DNA of 64,000 nt from a virus (taxonomy: Duplodnaviria > Caudoviricetes). A model generated the notes under the pieces. It saw only the letters and a program-made list of their open reading frames with translations, did no database searches and was not told the origin of the DNA. The stretch lies in the IMG/VR virus record IMGVR_UViG_3300018405_000011. One strand, 5' to 3'. Both the position numbers and the translations under genes were made by a program. This document shows positions 55,991-64,000 of the stretch, in pieces. Each line of letters starts with the position of its first letter. Within the stretch, counting starts at the first letter, position 1.

Positions 55991-56482
55991 ATGAAGAATC
56001 CCTTTAAGCGCTTAAAGGTTCGGTTCTTTCAAAAGGTATGTCTGTGGGAATTATCTCAATATAACACCCTGCCCCGCATAGACTTTCCTAGTACGGAATG
56101 TATAGCGGAGATTGTGCAAAGACTGCAGTATTTTAAAGAACTCCATGTGGACGAGATGTGTCTGTTTCATCAACCCATCAGCGTTTACCATACCTCCTTA
56201 TCCCATCTTACCCAAGAAGTAAAAGACGCCCAGTCATGTTTAAACAATGTGGGTGCCTATAAAGGGAGTGCCCAACCCCTTACTAAAACAGAAATAGGGA
56301 AATGGGCAAAAGGAGAGCATGGTAAATCCATTCTTGAACTCACGCAAGAATTAATGAAAGAACTAGCTACTCTTTCTGAGATTTTAGCGAGACATCAAGA
56401 AACCTACAGTAACGGGGATAAGCGTTACTTTTACCGTATCGCTCATGATACACTCGCGTGGCTTTCGGCCATATATAAATAA
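55991..56482 (+). CDS. Hypothetical protein (track start 55955; likely start 55991)
   Basis: AGGAG SD before MKNPF. Confidence 0.7.
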   Translation: MKNPFKRLKVRFFQKVCLWELSQYNTLPRIDFPSTECIAEIVQRLQYFKELHVDEMCLFHQPISVYHTSLSHLTQEVKDAQSCLNNVGAYKGSAQPLTKTEIGKWAKGEHGKSILELTQELMKELATLSEILARHQETYSNGDKRYFYRIAHDTLAWLSAIYK

Positions 56483-56494
56483 AAGAGGTGCTGT

Positions 56495-57157
56495 ATGTCG
56501 GACGAGAAAAGTCAGCTACACAGGCTAATGGAGCAAGACGTTGCCCTTATTAGTAATGCGAACTGTGTACTTGCTCGACTTTGGCGATTGACACTATACA
56601 ACCTTGAAGTCCGGGCTCCCATATGGGAAGCACTTTTAGATAATTACGTTCTTACCTGTCAGTCGCAGATAGGGGAGAAAAAAGCCAACAATCTAAAAGG
56701 GAATTTACCGAAAGGTTTAGCAGGTAATGAAGTGACATGGCAGAGGTTCTGTGAAGGACTGAGTGTCTTTAACTTCGATGACGTCATATTTACTATCTAT
56801 ACGGTAGAGAATGGAGTAGAAGTCGAGTCTTCTATTCATATACCGGTGATTGTTACTGAAGTCCCAGGCACCCTACTCCGGGTTCTATGGGACATGATTA
56901 ACAAAGCCTACCCAGAAAAAGCAGGTAAGCAATGGGGAACGCTGATAGACAGATATGCCGAGCAGTGTAAAGAAAGAGACGGTCAAGTGCCTACCTTTTT
57001 AAAGGGTAACTTAAAACGGGCGTTGAGCGAAGATACGCTAATGTGGAACATGTTCTATCGAGGACTGGCCATCTATGCGTTTGAAAAGATTAAGATAGAA
57101 CTGAAGGTGAAGCCAAAACGCCGACCTTATGAAGTCATTCGTCTTAACTTATCATAA
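56495..57157 (+). CDS. Internally duplicated protein (two LxxLW...W...Y...KGNL...L...W..F repeats)
   Basis: LARLWR..WEALLDNY..KGNLPKGL..VTWQRF versus LRVLWD..WGTLIDRY..KGNLKRAL..LMWNMF. Confidence 0.75.
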   Translation: MSDEKSQLHRLMEQDVALISNANCVLARLWRLTLYNLEVRAPIWEALLDNYVLTCQSQIGEKKANNLKGNLPKGLAGNEVTWQRFCEGLSVFNFDDVIFTIYTVENGVEVESSIHIPVIVTEVPGTLLRVLWDMINKAYPEKAGKQWGTLIDRYAEQCKERDGQVPTFLKGNLKRALSEDTLMWNMFYRGLAIYAFEKIKIELKVKPKRRPYEVIRLNLS

Positions 57158-57158
57158 A

Positions 57159-57188
57159 AGAGTAGGGAGCCTTAGGGTTCCCTACTCT
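57159..57188 (+). terminator. Intrinsic terminator
   Basis: AGAGTAGGGAGCC/GGTTCCCTACTCT, 13 bp with one G-U pair. Confidence 0.75.
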
Positions 57189-57246
57189 ACACATCTACCC
57201 TCTTTCTTTTTTTGTTAAAATCCTATAGAACTAAGAGGATTTAATC

Positions 57247-58293
57247 ATGAGTGCAATATCTAAATTAAAGAACACGTCTTTTGGCAGTGTCCCTAAACAA
57301 GGACTAGAAGTCATCGATGTGTATGAGCAAGGTAGGCTAGATGCCTTCTTAGCCAATCCCGATACCGCAGAAGGAACAAAATTAGTCGGGGAGCTTTATC
57401 CTGACCTACCGGCAGACAAAGTCTTAAAGGCACTTAATGACCCACGCACCGCTGAGTACTTAGATAAAGCCGGGGTGACGCTAAAAGGCGCCCTAGGGGC
57501 AATCGACCGTAATTTACCCGACGGGATGGATGTTGGGGAACTGATGGGGGATTTTGATGTTCCTTTCTTATCGGAGTGGGGGAGCCAATTAAAGGCAGCA
57601 ATGCCTTCGGATATGTTTAATGGGTCAAACCTCGATGACTTTAAGGAACTGTTTGGTTCCATTAAAAAGTATAACCTTGAAGGCTATGGGGCACAAGCAA
57701 AGCAGCTATGGGCACTATGGGGAAAATCCTCTGGCGTTTTAGGACGAGAGATTTCTTCTACTAACCCATCCGTACTGGCTGCGATTAAAACCCTAACTGC
57801 TAAGAAACTAATTTTATCAGGAGAAAGTGATAAGGTATTAGACTGGATAGAGGCAGATGAGAACATCCCAGATGACATTAAAAAGCAGATATATGCCGAC
57901 TTATTAGACGCGGCCGCGTCAGTCGGAAACACAGACCTTATAGAAGAGCTGTTAAATCGAGCTGGGAGCGCTGCTACACCCGCTAAACGCCAAGCCACGA
58001 TAAAGAGTATGCTTTTTGGTTATCGTTTACCAGGGACGTTTACAGAGGCTTCTCTGGCAACTGAAGCAGACGGGTTAATTACTCGATGTAATATCCTCGA
58101 TGCGAATTGGGCAAAGACAGAAAGACATGGGGTCACTGTAGACTCCTTAAAGAACTTTACTTATGCCTCACAACATGCACTGACCGTACTGGCTAAAGAC
58201 CTAAGAACGTCAGAACTTGCTCAAGCCTACATTATGTTTAACCCGTACAAAGAAAAAGAAGTCAGTCTGTCTAATCGCTTTATTTATAATTAA
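57247..58293 (+). CDS. Putative virion structural protein (phiKZ-like)
   Basis: LKNTSFGSVPKQGLEVIDVY N-terminus; located beside tail genes. Confidence 0.6.
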   Translation: MSAISKLKNTSFGSVPKQGLEVIDVYEQGRLDAFLANPDTAEGTKLVGELYPDLPADKVLKALNDPRTAEYLDKAGVTLKGALGAIDRNLPDGMDVGELMGDFDVPFLSEWGSQLKAAMPSDMFNGSNLDDFKELFGSIKKYNLEGYGAQAKQLWALWGKSSGVLGREISSTNPSVLAAIKTLTAKKLILSGESDKVLDWIEADENIPDDIKKQIYADLLDAAASVGNTDLIEELLNRAGSAATPAKRQATIKSMLFGYRLPGTFTEASLATEADGLITRCNILDANWAKTERHGVTVDSLKNFTYASQHALTVLAKDLRTSELAQAYIMFNPYKEKEVSLSNRFIYN

Positions 58294-58304
58294 GAAAAAA
58301 GAAC

Positions 58305-58340
58305 CTATCTCTCTTACGGCCTTTACCGTAAGAGAGATAG
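58305..58340. terminator. Terminator between convergent genes
   Basis: CTATCTCTCTTACGG/CCGTAAGAGAGATAG, 15 bp. Confidence 0.85.
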
Positions 58341-58421
58341 AGTTACTGTATTACTGTCCGCGAAGAGAATGACTAGACCCCATCGGTACGGTTTAGTCGT
58401 TTGGCATCTCAGCACTAATGG

Positions 58422-60416
58422 CTACAAACCTCGAAGTGAGGGGCTTGAGGCCATCAGCCCTGATACAATCTGCCCTGGAAGGGTATTTGCCGTCCACATC
58501 GCATATTGAGACGGTGAGGTAAAATTGTCCCAGTTCGCTGCCGTTTTTGCCCATGCCAACTCTAAACGAGGCATCATGTAAAACTGACTATATAAGTCAA
58601 GTCCACTAATCGTAGAAAGGTAATCGGATAAAGCGGTATCCTCATCGAAGAATGAGAAGGAAGTCACTGTATCCAACAAGCTGTCACTGATAGGGACATG
58701 CATGATGTTGTTTAGATTCTTCACCGTAAAGGTAATGTCTACTGCCGTAGGTAATCCATCCACTGAAAAGCCGATATTAGAGGTTCCGCGTTCAATAGAG
58801 ATACTATCGATAATACCGAGTTTAATATCGTTCCTGCCCTGTGAATGTAAACTGCATAGGAAAGGTGGACCGTAGGATGACTTACCTGTGGAACGAGGTA
58901 AAGCCCCCGCGAGCAAACACATCATCGGAATAATGATTTTTGTAAAGATAGACATCTTATTGCCATAGGGCGTAGACAAGCGGATGGTGTACGATTCGCT
59001 CGGTAAGTCGGCCGTTGCATTATCCCATACTTCTGGGATGTCTACAAAGCCAGCCCCGCCTAGTGAAGCAAGACCACCAAACCCTATCTTTTCAGCTACC
59101 CCAGCTAAAAGACCTTTTACTGCTCCAATCGCCATCTCGGCCGCGCCACCTATTAATCCATCACCTACGTTACCGCCGGCAAAGTTAACAAAGGTATCGC
59201 GCATAGAGGAAGCGGCAGAGTTAATCTGCTCAGCTAAACCAGACTCTTTCGTCGAGTTACTAAAACTTTCTCCTATAGACCCGTTATAGTCGACTTCAAA
59301 AGTTACAAAGGCAGAACCCTCACGTAGTTCTGACATAAGCAGTTCTTTTAGGCCTGGCTCTTCAGTACGAATAGCTTCATCGGTTAACTGTTCCTTTTGC
59401 TCACCATCTACGACTGGGGTCACCGAGTTATTCTTTTTCTCCGTACCCAATGGAGAGGCCTGATAAGCATTAAGATATGTATTTAAATCGCCATAGCTAG
59501 TCGTCTTTGCTGATAAGCTGTTACTGCGTAGCCTTTCTTGTACGGCGGCTGCATAGCCTTCGGCATCTAGACTTTCATCACGTGCAATTTCATCCAGGAC
59601 ATTGTGATACTGGTTCTGTAAGCGCTGTGCTCTTGATGCCATCGACTTAACGTCGATAACCGAAGCACTATCGGACTTAAACACGTCGGGCAGAATGGCA
59701 TTCAGAGTTTTAATCTCACTCGGAGATAAGCCTGTCTCTGGCTGCGTTTTTCCGTCGATTTCGACTAAGTCGTTAGCTTGATAACCGTGCACTAAACCCA
59801 TGTTAACCGCAACTTGGTTCACCAATGTATTCACTGCCGTCCAGTAAAGTGGCATGGTAGGGTTCATATAGTAATATTTACTATAAGGCCTTCCCGTTAA
59901 CACTGAGTCAATTCTCGTAAAAAGGTAACTGACCCCAAAATAGACTTGCAGTGGTAGCGTATAGATAGTGGCTAATACCTTTCCGAGAGTATAGGTAGAA
60001 AACAGTCCGTCTCTTACCTCACCAGTATTAACAAGCTGAGCGAGACTTCTATCGAAGTACCCTGATAGAAATCGACTTAGCGGGTTATAGGCCGGTACAC
60101 CAAACCTTAATGAAATCCGCGTTGCGGCGTCATCGAAAGCTTCCGAGTAGTAGTGCCCCATGCCTTTGGAGCCTACAGCAAGTGACGGAGCACGTGGGTC
60201 GGCATGTCTGGTAAATTGAGACTTAGGGTTAATGGATTTATTACCACCAGGGGTGGTATCGTAATACTTCATTTCTGCCGTAGTAAAGGCTTTGGTTATC
60301 TGTTGTCCAGCGCCACCAAACCGTTTAGGAGAGAAGAACGCCTGACGTATCCAATACTTGTCCTTTAACTCGTCGGCGGCTTTAATAATCGCCATGTAAA
60401 ACTCCTTGATTAACAA
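58422..60416 (-). CDS. Tail/baseplate structural protein (phiKZ gp182-like)
   Basis: WIRQAF...KYYDTTPGGN..INP..QFTRHAD...GMGHYYSEAFDD; follows the tape-measure-like gene. Confidence 0.75.
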   Translation of the reverse strand: MLIKEFYMAIIKAADELKDKYWIRQAFFSPKRFGGAGQQITKAFTTAEMKYYDTTPGGNKSINPKSQFTRHADPRAPSLAVGSKGMGHYYSEAFDDAATRISLRFGVPAYNPLSRFLSGYFDRSLAQLVNTGEVRDGLFSTYTLGKVLATIYTLPLQVYFGVSYLFTRIDSVLTGRPYSKYYYMNPTMPLYWTAVNTLVNQVAVNMGLVHGYQANDLVEIDGKTQPETGLSPSEIKTLNAILPDVFKSDSASVIDVKSMASRAQRLQNQYHNVLDEIARDESLDAEGYAAAVQERLRSNSLSAKTTSYGDLNTYLNAYQASPLGTEKKNNSVTPVVDGEQKEQLTDEAIRTEEPGLKELLMSELREGSAFVTFEVDYNGSIGESFSNSTKESGLAEQINSAASSMRDTFVNFAGGNVGDGLIGGAAEMAIGAVKGLLAGVAEKIGFGGLASLGGAGFVDIPEVWDNATADLPSESYTIRLSTPYGNKMSIFTKIIIPMMCLLAGALPRSTGKSSYGPPFLCSLHSQGRNDIKLGIIDSISIERGTSNIGFSVDGLPTAVDITFTVKNLNNIMHVPISDSLLDTVTSFSFFDEDTALSDYLSTISGLDLYSQFYMMPRLELAWAKTAANWDNFTSPSQYAMWTANTLPGQIVSGLMASSPSLRGL

Positions 60417-60421
60417 AAAGG

Positions 60422-60445
60422 ACTAGGGGGGCTGTGCCCCCTAGT
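60422..60445 (-). terminator. Stem-loop after the tape-measure-like gene
   Basis: ACTAGGGGG/CCCCCTAGT stem. Confidence 0.65.
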
Positions 60446-63400
60446 TTAGTCGGTCATCTTAACTACGCCGTTTACACGGTTAGTTGCAGGACGCTTGGTT
60501 GCAGAGGTAGGTTTACTTACACTGCTAAGATATCCAGGCATGTCAACTAAGGCTTGATGAATCGCGTCAAGCTTCTCTAAAGAAGCCGTTTGGTTTGCAA
60601 TCATCACTTCTCGTTGCGCGTATGCCTTCTCTAGTGCACCCATCTGTACATCGAGTGCTTTAGCGGACTCTTTAGCGGTTGCAGTTGCCTGCGCCTGAGC
60701 TCTCTCTTTTTCCATAACTGGATTAGGGGTCGCATTGGTTGATGGAGCCGTATCTAAAGGCTTATTGTCTTCAACCGATTTTGGAATCAATGTCGAACGA
60801 AGTGTATCTTGGCCTTCTAGTGTGGTATCAGAAGACTCTTTCTCCGCCGCTATCTCATCCTTAACAATGGCTTTCTCTTCCTTCGCTAAATCGGATTTGA
60901 CATTCCCGCCTACTAGTGTCAATGGGTCGATGGTATCTGCCCACTGTGCTGAAGTCACACGGACTTCCCAGTGCAAATGGTCTCCAGCAGAAGCGCCCGT
61001 GTTCCCCACATAACCAATGACTTGACCTTGTTTAACTCGGTCACCCATGGCTAAACCTACCGCAAAGTTATCCATGTGAGCATAGCGAGAAGCCATCCCG
61101 TTTTCATGTTTTAGATAAATAACCTTACCATAACTCTTAGAGATGTACAGACGGTATATAATACCATCAGCCGCAGCCACAATCGGCGTACCTTTAGGAG
61201 CAGCAATATCTACGCCATTATGCATTTTACGGGCCCCCGTGATAGGGTGTACGCGCATGCCATAAGGCGAGCTAATTCTGCCCTCACATGGCATAATCAT
61301 CCGTATGCTGCCTCCAGTTGCTTTAGCTGACGCCCCAACAATAGCAGAGTCTAAGCCGCCTTTTGCCGCGAGCTGTCCTGTAGAGGAATAACTGCTTGGC
61401 TTAGGTGCGGTATTTGCGCCATACTGAGTAACCGGACTTTTTGCTTTCATGTAGTCAGTTGCAGGTCTAGTGGTCTCCGATGAGTTTTCACTAGGCGCGG
61501 TGTTAAACTCTCCTTCGTATTTCTCATCACCTTTACCCATGGAGGCGATGTTATGAATCGCAATGCTAATGTCCGATGGCATAACCGGACTACCTTTACC
61601 TGGGTAAGGGGACATGGTGTTGTTCCATGGCAGTTTACCTCCAGTATAGTTAGCAGGTGAGGCTAAAGCCGTAGCAAACTCAGCTTTACGCTCCTTATCT
61701 AAGGCACTGTCGATTTCCAATAAGTCAATCGATTTATCAATCCCTTTAGACAGATTTAAGTTCACCATAAACACCGGGAAGAATCGGCGTGTAAACCACT
61801 CACCCCATCGTTGTAAGTCATAACTGCTTTCCATGTCTACGCCAAATATCTTCGCGTAGCGACTTACTGCGTCGCCTACAGATAGTGCAAACGTAGGACC
61901 ACGTGAAGTAAAGGAAACTTCATCAATCGCGTCAGATTCCATTTCTCGGATTTTAACTACGTCGTCCATGTCTTCGGGGTTAATACCGTACATAAGGAAA
62001 CGTAATCGTTCCAGTTCTTTTGGCTTAGAGCGTTTAGAGAAATAGCTATAGACTTCATACCCAGCATAAGCAAGTCCACCTACCGTAATGGCGGCGGCGA
62101 TAACTGGGGCACCTGCGACACCAGCAATTGCTGCAGCTCCTGTAGTCAGTAATTTCTTACCTCCCCACTTAGCGGCAGCCATAGCAACCGGTGCCGCTCC
62201 GCGTACCAAATTTAATCCCTTACCAACTAAGTTTTTAGCGCCACCCAGTATCTTACTCATGAACCCCTTTTTACCTGGAGTCTTACGGCCTGGTCCATCC
62301 CCTGCCGCACCGGTCAAGTCACCGAGGATATCACTAGCAGCTTCTCCAGTGGCCGATGCCTTATTAAAAGCAAACCAGGTAGCAATGGTAGTCCCAATAC
62401 CTTTTAAGGCTTCCATGAGTCCACCGAAGCCAGAAGTAATACTTCCGATAAGTGGCATTATAAAACTGAGTAAGCCACCCGAGGATTTCTCTTCTTTCTC
62501 TTCGGTGTCTACAGCAGCAGTTGGCTCAGCAGCACTGTCTTCACTACGTGAAAGAATATCTTGCCATGAGTTATCCCGTATGCCATCGTCATCTCTATCA
62601 GCATCGAGGTTCATGTCTGAGTAAACACTTTCTCCCTCTAATGGCCAACGGCGACGCATATGGTCATAGATTTTAGTGATAACGTCTGAGCCGCCGCCTT
62701 CGCCATAACCCATTTTGTTAATGGTAATACCGCCCATTACCATGTCTTTAATGCCAGACATGAAATCGTAGGTTCCAGAAACAATACGGTTACCTTGGTC
62801 AATAGAGAACGCTGCAAGACGAGACGCTAAGTCCATCCCTGTAGTAGTGATGTTTTTAGCTAGTTGAACTAAACGGTTACCGCCAATTGGCGTACCGATA
62901 TTATCAACCAATCCTGTCACTAAGTCATCATTGCTGATAATCACGTTACCTGCTGCATCCAGTACTTCACCGTCGATATCTTCGGCTTTATATATCGGCT
63001 TACCAGTCACGGCAGAAAAGTAACTCCCGTTCTTTAATAATAGCGCCTGTAGACGCGGGCGGGTTTCTCCACGTACGTAGATATCCCTTACGCGTTTAGT
63101 GATGGCGTCGTATCCGGCTTTTGGTAATGACATTAGCTTAGAGACCAGCATGTTTTGAAAACCGATGGTATTTAGCAGTTTGTCTTTAACAAAACCTAAC
63201 CCTTTATTAAAGAGTTCAGTAATGTTTTCACCTGTGGCTAGATAGATTCCGTCATCAACATCACTTTGAGTAATGACCACGTTTCCATTTGCGTCAACGA
63301 TTTCACCGTCGATTTCATCGATTGAAAAGATAGGTTTCCCAGTCTCTTTGTTTCGATAAAAGCCTTTCTTTAAGAGATTGGCACGAATGGCAGGTTCTTT

Positions 63401-64000
63401 ACGTCCCGCTACATAAACGTCGGAGTCACCGGGTTTACGTCGCCCCGTCACTGACCCAAGAATAGTTCCTATAGCACCTGCACCTGCTGTTGTAAAGTCG
63501 GCGATGCCGCCATACCAGCCACGTGTAAAGTTACCCATCCCACTAAGCGTGGATTCAATGATGCCGCCAATCCCTCGTTTACGTTTAGGCATCGAACCAT
63601 CAGCCGAACCCTCACCTCCACCTACACCGGCTTCCATTCTCAGGATACCGCCCAGTATAGCATCTAGCAATTGAATTTGGTCACTAAAACCACTGCGTGT
63701 AGTTTCAAGCAATTCCAGTTCAGCGTCTTGTGTACGTGTAGAGATATGAACCGGTAATGACGATACCCCATTCATGTCTACCATGAACTGACTTAAATCA
63801 CTATTACCACCTGAAGCTACAGTAGGACGCTGGGCCACAAATGACTCTGCTACGGTATACGCATCCGGTGATTCATTGCCGTAGGCCATGCGTGCCGCAG
63901 TTGCTTGGTCGACTTTTAAATCGCCGTACTTATTACGTCCTACCAGTCCCATAGATTTAAGAACATCTAACTGTCCGCTGTTTACAGCAAAGTTTAACAT
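60446..64000 (-). CDS. Tape-measure-like tail protein (phiKZ gp181-like position) with a C-terminal M23 peptidase; N-terminus probably outside the window
   Basis: Two DVYV.G...P......L..G.Y repeats, a Gly/Ala-rich hydrophobic stretch, M23 motifs HNGVD, YAHM and HLH; frame open to the window edge. Confidence 0.85.
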   Translation of the reverse strand: MLNFAVNSGQLDVLKSMGLVGRNKYGDLKVDQATAARMAYGNESPDAYTVAESFVAQRPTVASGGNSDLSQFMVDMNGVSSLPVHISTRTQDAELELLETTRSGFSDQIQLLDAILGGILRMEAGVGGGEGSADGSMPKRKRGIGGIIESTLSGMGNFTRGWYGGIADFTTAGAGAIGTILGSVTGRRKPGDSDVYVAGRKEPAIRANLLKKGFYRNKETGKPIFSIDEIDGEIVDANGNVVITQSDVDDGIYLATGENITELFNKGLGFVKDKLLNTIGFQNMLVSKLMSLPKAGYDAITKRVRDIYVRGETRPRLQALLLKNGSYFSAVTGKPIYKAEDIDGEVLDAAGNVIISNDDLVTGLVDNIGTPIGGNRLVQLAKNITTTGMDLASRLAAFSIDQGNRIVSGTYDFMSGIKDMVMGGITINKMGYGEGGGSDVITKIYDHMRRRWPLEGESVYSDMNLDADRDDDGIRDNSWQDILSRSEDSAAEPTAAVDTEEKEEKSSGGLLSFIMPLIGSITSGFGGLMEALKGIGTTIATWFAFNKASATGEAASDILGDLTGAAGDGPGRKTPGKKGFMSKILGGAKNLVGKGLNLVRGAAPVAMAAAKWGGKKLLTTGAAAIAGVAGAPVIAAAITVGGLAYAGYEVYSYFSKRSKPKELERLRFLMYGINPEDMDDVVKIREMESDAIDEVSFTSRGPTFALSVGDAVSRYAKIFGVDMESSYDLQRWGEWFTRRFFPVFMVNLNLSKGIDKSIDLLEIDSALDKERKAEFATALASPANYTGGKLPWNNTMSPYPGKGSPVMPSDISIAIHNIASMGKGDEKYEGEFNTAPSENSSETTRPATDYMKAKSPVTQYGANTAPKPSSYSSTGQLAAKGGLDSAIVGASAKATGGSIRMIMPCEGRISSPYGMRVHPITGARKMHNGVDIAAPKGTPIVAAADGIIYRLYISKSYGKVIYLKHENGMASRYAHMDNFAVGLAMGDRVKQGQVIGYVGNTGASAGDHLHWEVRVTSAQWADTIDPLTLVGGNVKSDLAKEEKAIVKDEIAAEKESSDTTLEGQDTLRSTLIPKSVEDNKPLDTAPSTNATPNPVMEKERAQAQATATAKESAKALDVQMGALEKAYAQREVMIANQTASLEKLDAIHQALVDMPGYLSSVSKPTSATKRPATNRVNGVVKMTD

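Noticed and set aside
989-62624. Antisense and nested ORFs in the track (e.g. 989-1180, 12383-12685, 23460-23834, 24892-25347, 49856-50215, 62088-62624)
   Set aside because: They lie opposite or within well-supported genes and lack SD sites and recognisable motifs; treated as shadow ORFs.
1-64000. tRNA, rRNA, CRISPR array, intron, intein or integrase
   Set aside because: None recognised by eye; hairpins are single and at gene ends, not regularly spaced repeats. A tRNAscan/Infernal run would be needed to exclude them formally.

Overview
A 64-kb segment of a lytic phiKZ-like (Chimalliviridae-type) jumbo myophage, probably infecting a gammaproteobacterium; both end genes are cut by the window edge. 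Left half (about 0.9-29 kb): accessory early genes, containing four of five copies of the motif AAACCTATATTAC (all on +; the fifth is at 55918), read as the virion-RNAP early promoter. This half encodes an HslU-like P-loop fragment, a SLOG/DprA-like protein, a degenerate kinase-like protein, a BCS1-like AAA ATPase, SspB, NADAR, a MazG-like protein, a tandem HU/IHF-like protein, a HAD nucleotidase, three YD-like repeat paralogs, a 41-aa secreted micropeptide and many unknowns. Right half (29-64 kb): virion and replication core, with a duplicated tail-fibre cassette and two chaperones, baseplate and structural paralogs, a spanin pair, RNase HI, SbcC, inner-head proteins, UvsX/RecA, a split virion-RNAP beta C-terminal subunit, and a tape-measure-like protein with an M23 peptidase. 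Three genes appear split by single-base frameshifts (near 1491, 3490 and 22677); these may be sequencing indels or recoding. No tRNA, rRNA, CRISPR array, integrase or intron was recognised by eye. All family assignments come from motif recognition without database searches; phiKZ gp numbers are recalled and unverified.
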